Part shown: piece after piece, positions 27,373-38,363 of the stretch
Numbering within the stretch: the first letter of the stretch is position 1
Layout of the letters: every line of letters begins with the position of its first letter
DNA from: Candidatus Shapirobacteria bacterium
GTDB taxonomy: Bacteria; Patescibacteriota; Microgenomatia; UBA12405
Direction: 5' to 3'
Length of the DNA stretch: 64,000 nucleotides
Assembly: GCA_041661765.1 (NCBI GenBank)
Contig: JBAZTV010000001.1
Coordinates: 135,755-199,754 of the forward strand
Notes under the pieces: generated by a model
What the model was told of the DNA's origin: nothing
The model's database searches: none
The model's input: only the letters and a program-made list of their open reading frames with translations
Program-made: the position numbers and the translations under genes

Positions 27373-28032
27373 TTATATTTCCAAACTTTCTCTAATTTCT
27401 AAAATTTTATAATTTAACTCTAATTTTTTTAAATCATTTTCAACTTCAACCATATTTACGGGATAAGTCGAGTTATCATAATGAGTCGGAATAACCAATT
27501 TCGCTCCAGTTTCTTTCGCAAACAATGCTCCATCAAAACCTCCCATAACCAACCCATGATTACTAATTGCGATAGCAATTGCATCACATTTGTAATTGTT
27601 TTCAAAACAAATTGTGTCGCTGGTTATATAAAATCTTTTATTGTTGTCATCAATAATAAATCCAATATTTTCATAAATTTCTTTTTCACCTTTTAATGTT
27701 GGCAAATATCCATGAATCGCTTTTACCACTTCAATTTTTATTCCATCAATATCAAACAAATCATTTTCTTTAACCATGTTGATTTTTAAATCAGGAAATT
27801 GATTACAAACTTCATTTGATGAATAAATTTTAATTTTTTCGTTTTCCGAAATTTTTCTAATCATTTCATAATTACAATGGTCACTATGTTTATGAGTTAT
27901 TAAAATTGCATCAATATTTTTCCAATCAGTCAAAAATGATTCATCCCACAACAAACTCCCTGGGTCAGTCAAAATCTTTTTTTGTTTAGTCTCAATCAAT
28001 AAACAGGATTGAGGATATTTAGTTATTTTCAT
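27373..28032 (-). CDS. MBL-fold metallo-hydrolase
   Basis: DPG, THKHSDH, AIHG and PTHYD. Confidence 0.9.
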   Translation of the reverse strand: MKITKYPQSCLLIETKQKKILTDPGSLLWDESFLTDWKNIDAILITHKHSDHCNYEMIRKISENEKIKIYSSNEVCNQFPDLKINMVKENDLFDIDGIKIEVVKAIHGYLPTLKGEKEIYENIGFIIDDNNKRFYITSDTICFENNYKCDAIAIAISNHGLVMGGFDGALFAKETGAKLVIPTHYDNSTYPVNMVEVENDLKKLELNYKILEIRESLEI

Positions 28033-28051
28033 ATTTTATTTTAATACTTAT

Positions 28052-28954
28052 TTAAGTCTCTGGTCGTCCCAAAATTCTTTTAATCAACTTCTTTATCCAA
28101 AAGTCTTTAAATTGCCCCAAGCGGTCGTTAAAATTAATTTCTTCTTTTACCCATAAATTTCCATAATCATCCTCATTTTTATCACTATATTTTTTATCCA
28201 AAAACTTTTGCGAAGCAGGGAATTGGACTTGAATATATTCATCCACCCAAAATATTTTTTTATAAATTTTTCTAAAAAATTCCATCATTTCTTTAATCTC
28301 CGATCCGGAATTTTTTGCTCCCCACGGCCAATATTCAAAAAATATCGTTGGTTTATTTTTTTCAATTATTTCTTTTCCTCCATCAATTACCAACGGCTCA
28401 AACCCTTGCACATCCATTTTAATAAAATCAATTTTTTTATAATCCAAATCTTTTAACAAATCATCCAACCTCCGACAAAAAACTTCAACAGATTTTCTAG
28501 ACTTGCCCCCTTCCTTAAGGGGGAATTCCGGTTTATCCGGAAGGGGGTTTTGATTTAAGAGGGTTTCTTCCCACATCCTATGATCTCCATAATTTTCTTT
28601 AGACTCGTAAATCCCCATTTTTTTATTCTCACTTCCTACTGCCGCTTGCACCGCCACCACATTAAATAATTTATTTTCTTTAATATTTTTTTGCAAAATT
28701 TCAAAATTAATTGGATCCGGTTCAATGGCAATTACTTTTCCGGTTTTACCCGTCCTTTCAGCAAATAACACCGTATCATAGCCAATATTTGCCCCAATAT
28801 CCAAAACCACATCACCAATTTTAATTTTCGACAACATTAAATCAGTCAAATACGGTTCATATTTTTCCAAAGCCACTCTTTGCCCTACATATTTATCATT
28901 CGGCAAATAATAAAAAGTATATTTTCCAAAAACTTTACATTTTTCCAATTTCAT
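28052..28954 (-). CDS. FkbM family methyltransferase
   Basis: LDIGANIG, IEP, RLDD and IKMDVQGFE. Confidence 0.92.
   Translation of the reverse strand: MKLEKCKVFGKYTFYYLPNDKYVGQRVALEKYEPYLTDLMLSKIKIGDVVLDIGANIGYDTVLFAERTGKTGKVIAIEPDPINFEILQKNIKENKLFNVVAVQAAVGSENKKMGIYESKENYGDHRMWEETLLNQNPLPDKPEFPLKEGGKSRKSVEVFCRRLDDLLKDLDYKKIDFIKMDVQGFEPLVIDGGKEIIEKNKPTIFFEYWPWGAKNSGSEIKEMMEFFRKIYKKIFWVDEYIQVQFPASQKFLDKKYSDKNEDDYGNLWVKEEINFNDRLGQFKDFWIKKLIKRILGRPET
28505..28551 (+). repeat. Palindromic repeat family copy, in-frame in the FkbM gene (NPLPDKPEFPLKEGG)
   Basis: CCCCCTTCCTTAAGGGGGAA-TTCCGGTTTATCCGGAA-GGGGGTTTT. Confidence 0.75.
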
Positions 28955-28979
28955 TCAATTAGTTTACCATTCAAACCAC

Positions 28980-29035
28980 TTGTCATTTTTACTGTCATCG
29001 CTATAATATTAGCAGTCGGTCATTTTGACTGATAA
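28980..29035 (+). promoter_or_regulatory. groESL promoter (TTGTCA...TATAAT) and CIRCE-like operator
   Basis: TTAGCAGTC-N9-GACTGATAA at 29009-29035 versus consensus TTAGCACTC-N9-GAGTGCTAA. Confidence 0.8.
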
Positions 29036-29062
29036 ATATTATTTATTAATTTTAATCAATTT

Positions 29063-29350
29063 ATGACCAAAATCCATCCAGTTGCCGGCTTCCTTTTAGT
29101 CGAGCCACAAAAACAAGAAAAAACCACTGCCTCAGGTATTGTTTTACCAGAATCTCATCAAGATAAACCACAGCAAGGAAAAGTTTTAGCCGTTGGTGAC
29201 ACCACTTTTATTGATGGTCGAGAAATTAAATCTCCCTGTAAAATTGACGATATTGTTGTCTATAAAGAATGGGGTGGTAAAGAATATAAAGAAAATAATG
29301 TCGATTTATTATTATTAAAATTCGACGACATCATGGCCATCATCAAATAA
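29063..29350 (+). CDS. groES: Co-chaperonin GroES
   Basis: KTTASGIVLP and GKVLAVG; directly upstream of groEL. Confidence 0.96.
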   Translation: MTKIHPVAGFLLVEPQKQEKTTASGIVLPESHQDKPQQGKVLAVGDTTFIDGREIKSPCKIDDIVVYKEWGGKEYKENNVDLLLLKFDDIMAIIK

Positions 29351-29361
29351 AAATCTCTTTT

Positions 29362-29389
29362 GTAGGAACGCGCCATGGCGCGTTCCTAC
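29362..29389 (+). repeat. GTAG-type REP-like perfect palindrome
   Basis: GTAGGAACGCGCCATGGCGCGTTCCTAC. Confidence 0.75.
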
Positions 29390-29403
29390 CTTTTACAAAT
29401 TAA

Positions 29404-31080
<1,677 letters not shown>

Positions 31081-31092
31081 TTTATTCTTGAA

Positions 31093-31123
31093 GTTGGGGG
31101 CGGACCGATGTGTCCGCCCTTTT
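31093..31123 (+). terminator. REP-like hairpin acting as the groEL terminator
   Basis: GGGCGGAC-CGATGT-GTCCGCCC followed by TTTT. Confidence 0.7.
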
Positions 31124-31178
31124 CGTTTAAAAAAATAAATTATTATTTTTTTTGATAAAATAGGCTTACTCTAAATCC

Positions 31179-31249
31179 GACGCGGTAGTCAAGCGGTTAG
31201 ACAGCAGTCTGCAAAACTGCGTAGATGGGTCCGACTCCCATCCGCGTCT
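31179..31249 (+). tRNA. tRNA-Cys(GCA)
   Basis: GCAGT-CTGCAAA-ACTGC; acceptor GACGCGG/CCGCGTC with U73; T-loop variant TCCGACT. Confidence 0.92.
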
Positions 31250-31390
31250 CAAATTAAACTTCATCCTATAATTGATTTTTCCCATAATTTTTAATAGAAT
31301 TACTCGTATTATTATTTAATCTATTGCAGACTAAATAAATAATATAGTTCCTTTAAAAATCAGTAAAACTATGTGAAAGGTGGTTCACCA

Positions 31391-31771
31391 ATGTCAAGAA
31401 AAATAGAAACATCTAAAACAAACTCAACTCTATATCAAGCCTTACACCCAACTTATACCCCAATTAGGGTAAATTATATCGCCCACACTGAAGACGGAGT
31501 CTTACATCACGTAACCGAATTTGGGGAAAATGATCACAGTATAAACTCCATTGATGTTCTCGCAAAAATTGGTAATTCTTCAAAGAAAGAATTAAATTTT
31601 TCTATTGAAGTTCAAAGCCTGGTAATTAAAAAGACATTTTGGATTAAATTTTGTCTTAAAAAGAACAATTTAGAGTATCAAGAAAATAATAAAGAAATCG
31701 TTCTACCATTTCGAGTATTTTTTATCTTATTTTGTAAAAATATAAAAATGAAAATACTTAAAGCGATTTAA
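31391..31771 (+). CDS. Hypothetical protein (orphan-like)
   Basis: ATG after SD AAAGGTGG; boxA-like motif upstream; hairpin at 31807-31844 downstream. Confidence 0.6.
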   Translation: MSRKIETSKTNSTLYQALHPTYTPIRVNYIAHTEDGVLHHVTEFGENDHSINSIDVLAKIGNSSKKELNFSIEVQSLVIKKTFWIKFCLKKNNLEYQENNKEIVLPFRVFFILFCKNIKMKILKAI

Positions 31772-31854
31772 AATTTCAACAGTTTTATTGATTTTTATTT
31801 TAAACCGGGCAGGTCAATGCATTTTTTTAAATGTATACTTGCCCATTCTTTCCG

Positions 31855-32409
31855 TCAAAATTTTTTACAAACATTATTTGCCCACATTCCAACTTTTCTC
31901 TCTTTTGCTATTTTTTCAACCTCTTTAAATTCCGTCTGAAATTTATAAGCAGTTTTATAAGTAAATTCTTCAGCCATTCCTTCTTCTATTAATTTTTTAT
32001 TAACCAAAATTCCATCATCCAAATAAACATATCGCAATAATCGATCATATTTATCTTTATCATCCTGACTATTATCGGCCTCTAATTTTATTTTTTTATT
32101 ACCAATTAATTCTTTTATTTTCTCCGCCGATTCCTTTCCAAAACATTCATTTGTTTCCGGAGTATCAATTCCAATCAATCTTATCGATTTTTTATCGCCA
32201 TTAATTTTTATTATTATAGTATCTCCATCAACCACTCTTATTAATTCGACTAAATCTTTTTCAACTATTTCTGTCGGTGTTATTTCAATTTTATTTTTAA
32301 TTAGAATACTTTCTTTAGTTTTGTCGACTAAACATTTAATTAAAAATATTATTAATCCAATTATTAAAATTAATAAAAACAATCCGCCAAATTTTTTTAT
32401 AAACTTCAT
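31855..32409 (-). CDS. Thermonuclease (SNase) family protein
   Basis: VVDGDT, IRLIGIDTPE and DKYDRLLRYV. Confidence 0.95.
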   Translation of the reverse strand: MKFIKKFGGLFLLILIIGLIIFLIKCLVDKTKESILIKNKIEITPTEIVEKDLVELIRVVDGDTIIIKINGDKKSIRLIGIDTPETNECFGKESAEKIKELIGNKKIKLEADNSQDDKDKYDRLLRYVYLDDGILVNKKLIEEGMAEEFTYKTAYKFQTEFKEVEKIAKERKVGMWANNVCKKF

Positions 32410-32448
32410 TTATTAAAAATTATATCTTTTTTACGATAAAATCAGCCT

Positions 32449-33300
32449 ATGATAAATTTACACATCGCCACTTCTCATGGTTTTTGTTTCGGTATCAATA
32501 GGGCTATTAATTTAGCCAAAGAAACATCAGAAAAATATTCAAAAAATATTTACTTTCTTGGAGAAATCGTCCACAACCAACATGTTGTTGATTGGTTAGA
32601 ATCAGAATTGGACATAAAAACAGTTCAATCAATTAATGATATTCCCAAAGGTTCAGTTGTAATTATTCGTGCTCATGGTGCTCCACCATCAACTTTTAAT
32701 CAAGCTACCACCAAAGGTCTTACTATTATTGATGCCAGTTGTCCTCTTGTTTTAAAATCACACCAAACTGTTATTAATCTTAAAAATCAAAATAAAAAAA
32801 TAATTTTTGTTTGCAATAGTATTACTCACGATGAAACAATTGGTGTTGTAGGTGAAGATCCTTCTTCTGTCATTCCAATTACGATTAAAGACATCACCAA
32901 TTTTATAATTGATGACCCTATTAATTATGTCGTCATGACTCAGACCACTCTTTCCACATTAGAAACCAAAAATGCTCTAGATTTTCTTAAAAATAAATAT
33001 CCAAAAGTCACTATTTTACCCCACATTTGTCAAGCCACCACCGATCGTCAAAACACTATTATTAAATTAAGCCAAACTTGTAGCCTAATTATTATTGTCG
33101 GTTCTTCTACTAGTGCCAACTCCAACAGTCTTCAAAAAGTTGCTAAAGAAAGTGGCACTGTTAGTTATATTATTGACAATGTCTCAGAATTTAATCCAAA
33201 ATGGCTTCTTGGTCACCAGGAAATTGGCATTAGTTCTGGTGCTAGTACCCCCGAATCAATTTTAGAAGAAGTTATTCAAGAAATAAAAAAATATGCATAA
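32449..33300 (+). CDS. ispH: 4-hydroxy-3-methylbut-2-enyl diphosphate reductase
   Basis: GFCFG, IVHN, RAHG, DASCP, QTT, ICQAT, SANS and GASTP. Confidence 0.95.
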   Translation: MINLHIATSHGFCFGINRAINLAKETSEKYSKNIYFLGEIVHNQHVVDWLESELDIKTVQSINDIPKGSVVIIRAHGAPPSTFNQATTKGLTIIDASCPLVLKSHQTVINLKNQNKKIIFVCNSITHDETIGVVGEDPSSVIPITIKDITNFIIDDPINYVVMTQTTLSTLETKNALDFLKNKYPKVTILPHICQATTDRQNTIIKLSQTCSLIIIVGSSTSANSNSLQKVAKESGTVSYIIDNVSEFNPKWLLGHQEIGISSGASTPESILEEVIQEIKKYA

Positions 33301-34348
33301 AAAATATAAATCAAAAGAAGTTAAGGTTGGTAACTTAATTCTTGGTGGTGATAACCCAGTTCGAGTTCAATCCATGTGTAACACACCCACTAAAAACATT
33401 AAAGCCACCGTTGCTCAAATTCTAGAATTAGAAAAAGAAGGTTGTGAAATTATCAGAGTTGCTATTCCTGATATAGAATCCGCCCGTACTATTGGTGATA
33501 TTAAAAAACAAATAAATATTCCCCTAGTTGCCGATATCCATTTTGATCATTTACTCGCACTAGAAGCCATTAAACAAGGAATTGATAAAGTCCGAATTAA
33601 TCCAGGTAATATTGGATCAGAAGAAAAAGTTAAATCAGTTGTCAAAGCTTGCCAAGAAAAAAATGTTCCAATTAGAATTGGTGTTAATGTTGGCTCAATT
33701 GAAAAAGAATTATTAAGTAAATTTGGCCCCACTCCAAAAGCCGCTGTAGAATCATGTTTAAAACATGTCAGAATTTTGGAAAAGTTAAATTTCAAAAATA
33801 TGCTTCTTTCTATTAAATTTAATGATGTCCCTCAAATGATTGAAGGTTATCGACTTTTAGCCAGCAAGGTCGATTATCCACTTCATCTCGGTGTTACTCA
33901 TGCTGGCACTGCTTTTATGGGTAGTATTAGAAATGCCATTGGTATCGGCACTCTTCTTCAAGAGGGAATTGGCGCTACTTTACGTGTTTCTTTAACCGCT
34001 CCCACCAGTGAAGAAATTAAAGTTGGTTGGGCCATTTTACGCAGTTTAAATTTAAGACAGCGCGGCCCGGAATTAATTTCTTGTCCAACCTGTGGTCGCA
34101 CTGAAATTGATTTATTTTCCCTCGCCAACAAAGTTGAAGAAGCTTTAAAAAACATTGAAACTCCCATAAAAGTTGCCGTTATGGGCTGTGTTGTTAACGG
34201 TCCTGGTGAAGCCAGTGAAGCTGATATTGGCGTTGCTGGTGGAAAAAATTGTGGTGCTATTTTTGTTAAAGGACAAATTATTAAAACTGTCCCAGAAAAT
34301 GAAATATTACCAAGTTTATTAGAAGAGATTAAAAAACTAACGAACTAA
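33293..34348 (+). CDS. ispG: (E)-4-hydroxy-3-methylbut-2-enyl-diphosphate synthase
   Basis: VQSM, VADIHF, RINPGN, SCPTCGR and MGCVVNGPGE. Confidence 0.97.
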   Translation: MHKKYKSKEVKVGNLILGGDNPVRVQSMCNTPTKNIKATVAQILELEKEGCEIIRVAIPDIESARTIGDIKKQINIPLVADIHFDHLLALEAIKQGIDKVRINPGNIGSEEKVKSVVKACQEKNVPIRIGVNVGSIEKELLSKFGPTPKAAVESCLKHVRILEKLNFKNMLLSIKFNDVPQMIEGYRLLASKVDYPLHLGVTHAGTAFMGSIRNAIGIGTLLQEGIGATLRVSLTAPTSEEIKVGWAILRSLNLRQRGPELISCPTCGRTEIDLFSLANKVEEALKNIETPIKVAVMGCVVNGPGEASEADIGVAGGKNCGAIFVKGQIIKTVPENEILPSLLEEIKKLTN

Positions 34349-34797
34349 TCTCCCATCACTTGCACCAAAACTTTTCTCGGTCGACAACAATCCAATTCAA
34401 TCGCAAAAATTCTTTGCCACACTCCCAACATTATTTTTCCGTCAATAATTGGAACAGTCTCCGAATTTCTCATTAATAAATGAGTACAATGTGAATGACC
34501 ATTCAAACAATCTGAAGCTGCCGATTGACAGACCAAATTTTCAGTTCTCACCGATAAATCATTGTGCTGATAATAATCATTTTTAGGGATTAATTTTCCC
34601 ATTAATTTTTTAAAATCGGATACAATACCTTTCTCTTTTTCATTAATACAAATCGCCAAAGTTGTATGAGTCGAATAAACTAACACATTTCCATTTTTTA
34701 TTTTTACTTCTTTTACAAATTTTTTTACATCATCTGTCAAATCCTTAAATTCAAAATTTTCTTGACTAACATATTCGATTGTCATGTTTTTAATCAT
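34345..34797 (-). CDS. yjbQ: YjbQ/UPF0047 family protein
   Basis: HTT...INE, YQHND, NGHSH and LGVWQRIF.IELD. Confidence 0.9.
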   Translation of the reverse strand: MIKNMTIEYVSQENFEFKDLTDDVKKFVKEVKIKNGNVLVYSTHTTLAICINEKEKGIVSDFKKLMGKLIPKNDYYQHNDLSVRTENLVCQSAASDCLNGHSHCTHLLMRNSETVPIIDGKIMLGVWQRIFAIELDCCRPRKVLVQVMGD

Positions 34798-34825
34798 AAC
34801 AACTTAGTCGAGACCTATTTTAAAA

Positions 34826-35170
34826 TCATTTACTTCTCATCACTCTAATTATCCAGTACCCCAAATATGCCAACAAAAAAAATTCAATTCCACTCACTAT
34901 CAAAAAAAATATTCCCACTCCATTAATAATTAATCCAAATCGATAATAATCCCAAACAACTCTCGCCATATAATAAACCAAAAACGGCATCAAAAAAACT
35001 ATTCCTACTAAAAACATTTGCGATTTATCTCTATCTTTCACAATTAATTTTTTAAACGTCAAAAATGGCTCTTCAATCATATGATACAAATTACATAATA
35101 ATTTCCAAATTTGTCGGACAATTATCAAAAAAATTAATTCTGTTATTTTTTTAATCCTTTTCTTGATCAT
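34826..35170 (-). CDS. Hypothetical membrane protein (possible anti-sigma partner)
   Basis: TM segments; overlaps the 3' end of the ECF sigma gene. Confidence 0.6.
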   Translation of the reverse strand: MIKKRIKKITELIFLIIVRQIWKLLCNLYHMIEEPFLTFKKLIVKDRDKSQMFLVGIVFLMPFLVYYMARVVWDYYRFGLIINGVGIFFLIVSGIEFFLLAYLGYWIIRVMRSK

Positions 35171-35657
35171 AAACCCAAGCCTCCCTGAATTTTTTCTTAG
35201 CTCTAATTAATTTTGATTCCACCGCCTTACCTGTCAATTTTAAATTTATTGCAATTTCATTTATTTTCATTCCTTCTATATATTTTAGTCGTAATATATC
35301 CTTATATCCTTTACTTATTTCTGCCAAAGTTTTTTTAATTTCTTCTTTTAATTCATTTTTAAGGACATCTCTTTCTGGAGTTAACGCCTTATCAGCAATT
35401 TCTTCAAATTCAGGTGAAAACGAGAATAAAATTGTCTTCAATTTTTTCTTTCGATAATAATCAATTATTTTATGCTTAGCAATACTACATATCCAGCTAA
35501 ATTCATTACAATCTCCCTTAAAATTAGACCGACACATCATTGCCGCCATCATAATATCATTAGTTAATTCTTCTATAACTCCTTCATCGTCAATCTTTTG
35601 ACTGACAAATTTTTTCACCCCCAAATAATATTTTTTATAAAAATTATCCATCGACAT
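35151..35657 (-). CDS. ECF-type RNA polymerase sigma factor
   Basis: Region 2 FSWICSIAKHKIIDYYR; region 4 EIAINL...AVESKLIRAK. Confidence 0.9.
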   Translation of the reverse strand: MSMDNFYKKYYLGVKKFVSQKIDDEGVIEELTNDIMMAAMMCRSNFKGDCNEFSWICSIAKHKIIDYYRKKKLKTILFSFSPEFEEIADKALTPERDVLKNELKEEIKKTLAEISKGYKDILRLKYIEGMKINEIAINLKLTGKAVESKLIRAKKKFREAWVYDQEKD

Positions 35658-35680
35658 TACTATTATAACTTATATAAACT

Positions 35681-35731
35681 TCTCCCTTTATTAAGGGGAG
35701 ATGTCCCGCCACTGGCGGGACAGAGAGGATT
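35681..35731 (+). repeat. Palindromic repeat family copy, intergenic
   Basis: TCTCCCTTTATTAAGGGGAGA-TGTCCCGCCACTGGCGGGACA-GAGAGGATT. Confidence 0.75.
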
Positions 35732-35747
35732 AATCTATACTTAATTA

Positions 35748-36536
35748 ATGTTCCCGTTTATTAATACCAATCCACTCCAAAAAATCAGTCAAAATTTGCG
35801 TCATGATTTATTGGATATGGTCTACAAAAACGGCGGACACATCGGCGGGTCATTATCATCAATCGATTTAATTACTACCGTTTATTTCGGGAATCTCTTT
35901 AATTTAAAAAAAGATCATTTTATTTTATCCGCTGGTCACTTAGCTCCGGCTCTTTACACTGTTCTCGCCAATGCTGGTTATTTCGATAAAAAATTACTCG
36001 ACACTTATTCAAATTTCACATCCATTTTACAAGGTCATATTTCCACCGAAGTTCCCGGAGTTAATTATTCTTCCGGCGCTCTTGGACAAGGTCTCTCTTT
36101 TTCTTGTGGTTTGGCTCTGGGTGATCCAAAACATACCACCATTTGTCTCACCAGCGATGGTGAACACCAAGAAGGTCAAATCTGGGAATCATTGCTTTTC
36201 GCCAAAAAGTATAAATTAGGCAATTTAATTAATATTGTAGACTTTAACCAATTTCAAATCGACGGTTCAGTTTCTGAAATTATGCCTCTCGACAATTTAG
36301 CTGCCAAATATATTCAATTTGGTTGGACAGTTACCACTGTCGACGGTCACAATTTTAATCAAATAATTTCTGCCTTAAAAAAAGCTGTAGAGACGCGCCA
36401 TGGCGCGTATCCTGTCTGTATTATTGCTAAAACAACCGTTGGTAAGGGAATCTCCTTTATGGAAAATAATTTTAAATATCATGATGTTAAAAAACTTTCC
36501 GAAAGTTTATATAATCAGGCCAAATCAGAACTATGA
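35748..36536 (+). CDS. Transketolase, N-terminal subunit
   Basis: GHIGGSLS, LSAGH, LQGH, GALGQG and DGEHQEG. Confidence 0.92.
   Translation: MFPFINTNPLQKISQNLRHDLLDMVYKNGGHIGGSLSSIDLITTVYFGNLFNLKKDHFILSAGHLAPALYTVLANAGYFDKKLLDTYSNFTSILQGHISTEVPGVNYSSGALGQGLSFSCGLALGDPKHTTICLTSDGEHQEGQIWESLLFAKKYKLGNLINIVDFNQFQIDGSVSEIMPLDNLAAKYIQFGWTVTTVDGHNFNQIISALKKAVETRHGAYPVCIIAKTTVGKGISFMENNFKYHDVKKLSESLYNQAKSEL
36387..36408 (+). repeat. GTAG-type REP-like element inside the transketolase frame (VETRHGAY)
   Basis: GTAGAGACGCGCCATGGCGCGT, matching the 29362 element. Confidence 0.7.
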
Positions 36537-37516
36537 TAAATTCTATTCGCCAATCATTTGGTGACACCCTCACTAAATTAGCTAAAAATAATAAAAATAT
36601 TTTTGTTGTTAATGCCGATTTAAAATCATCACTTTTTCTAAATGATTTTGCTAAAAAATTCCCTCGTCGTTTTATTGAGTGCGGCGTTGCCGAAAACAAT
36701 GCAGCGGCCGTTGCTGCTGGTCTTGCTCAAACTGGAAAAACTGTTTTTTTAACTTCTTTTGCCTGTTTTTCTCCCGCCATTAATTGGAATACCATTAAAC
36801 AATCAATTTGTTACAACAATTCTAATGTCAAAATTATTGGTTCCCATGCTGGTCTTATGAGTACTGATCTTGGCGCCACCCATCAAATGCTTGAAGATTT
36901 AGCCTTAATGCGCTCTCTTCCCAACATGGAAGTTTTTTCACCTCTTGATGCCCTTGAAACTGAAAAAATTATTAAAACCATTTCCTTTAGTAAAAAACCA
37001 GCTTACATTCGTTTAGTTCGTCCCTCAACCCAAAATCTTTTTGATCCAAAATTCGATTTCACCATTGGCAAATCTCATATTTTACAATCTGGCAAAGACA
37101 TCACCATTATTGGTCATGGGCCCATTTTAGAAGAAGCTTTTCAAGTCCAGGCTAAACTAAATTTAGACAATAAATACAAAAAAATTTCTCTCGAAATTAT
37201 CAATTGTTCATCTATCAAACCTCTTGATACTTTCACCATTTTAAAAAGCGTTAAAAAAACTGGACACCTAATTTGTCTTGAAGATCATCAAAAAAATGGA
37301 GGGCTAGGGGAGGCAGTCGCTTCTCTAATTCTAACCAATAATTTTTCTTGTAAATTTATTCATTTGGCCGTCGATAATAGTTTTGGCCGTTCAGCTAAAA
37401 CTTATCAGGAGCTGTACAATTATTATGGCATCGGCGTTAATGATTTACTTTCCGCCGTTACTTCTCTCCTCGTTAAGGAGAGATCCGGTTTATCCGGAAA
37501 GAGGATTTTAAAATAA
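36533..37516 (+). CDS. Transketolase, C-terminal subunit
   Basis: ADL, ECGVAE, GATHQ and EDHQ..GGLG. Confidence 0.92.
   Translation: MINSIRQSFGDTLTKLAKNNKNIFVVNADLKSSLFLNDFAKKFPRRFIECGVAENNAAAVAAGLAQTGKTVFLTSFACFSPAINWNTIKQSICYNNSNVKIIGSHAGLMSTDLGATHQMLEDLALMRSLPNMEVFSPLDALETEKIIKTISFSKKPAYIRLVRPSTQNLFDPKFDFTIGKSHILQSGKDITIIGHGPILEEAFQVQAKLNLDNKYKKISLEIINCSSIKPLDTFTILKSVKKTGHLICLEDHQKNGGLGEAVASLILTNNFSCKFIHLAVDNSFGRSAKTYQELYNYYGIGVNDLLSAVTSLLVKERSGLSGKRILK
37463..37509 (+). repeat. Palindromic repeat family copy forming the transketolase C-terminus
   Basis: TCTCTCCTCGTTAAGGAGAGA-TCCGGTTTATCCGGA-AAGAGGATTTT. Confidence 0.75.
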
Positions 37517-37517
37517 A

Positions 37518-38363
37518 ATGAAAACATTACGTCAACTTTTAACCGAATATCGCGCCACCGGCAAAGCCATTCCCGCCTTTAACATCGACTCATTTGAAAT
37601 TTATCAAGCTGTCGAAGAATCGGTCAAAGAAACCGGTTTGCCTTGCATTGTTCAGCTTTCCGCCGGCGAAGATAAATTTATTCAAGCAGAACGTCTTTTT
37701 GTTTTAGTAAAAAAAGCTCAACTCGATGGCTTGCCGATTTATTTAAATATGGATCACGCCTTCGACCAAGTTCGTTTAGAAAAATTAATTAGTCTTGGTT
37801 TCGATATGGTTCATTTTGACGGTTCTAAAATGGACTTTTATACTAATTTAGAAACCACCCAAAAATTTATTCATACTCTCAAAAATCATTACCCACACAC
37901 TCTTTTTGAAGTCGAATTTAATAAAATTAATTTAGTTGACACCCAAGTTTCGGAAAACAGTTTTACTGATCCAAATCAAGCTTACGAATTTATAACTCAA
38001 ACTTCTGCCGATCTTCTGGCTGTTTCTATCGGCAATCTTCATGGTATCAGTTTAAAACTACCAGAGACCATCGATTTAAATTTATTAGCCAAAATCAAAA
38101 ATAAAATTCCCGAAGATCGATTCATTACTCTACATGGCGGTTCCGGTATTAGTTCAGACCAAATTACTCAAGCCATTCAACTCGGTGTCGTTAAAATTAA
38201 TATCAATACCGAATTAAGAATTAATTTTAATCAATCACTCGCCAAAATTTATTCCCAAGAGGTTAGTCAAAAAATTTACGATAATTTCTCTCCCGCCATT
38301 GATGAATTAAAAAATATTATCAAATCAAAATTACTTCTTTTTTCCACTTCTAAATATGCTTGA
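37518..38363 (+). CDS. fba: Class II fructose-bisphosphate aldolase family protein
   Basis: AFN, MDH, DGS, IGNLHG, LHGGSG and KININT. Confidence 0.88.
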   Translation: MKTLRQLLTEYRATGKAIPAFNIDSFEIYQAVEESVKETGLPCIVQLSAGEDKFIQAERLFVLVKKAQLDGLPIYLNMDHAFDQVRLEKLISLGFDMVHFDGSKMDFYTNLETTQKFIHTLKNHYPHTLFEVEFNKINLVDTQVSENSFTDPNQAYEFITQTSADLLAVSIGNLHGISLKLPETIDLNLLAKIKNKIPEDRFITLHGGSGISSDQITQAIQLGVVKININTELRINFNQSLAKIYSQEVSQKIYDNFSPAIDELKNIIKSKLLLFSTSKYA

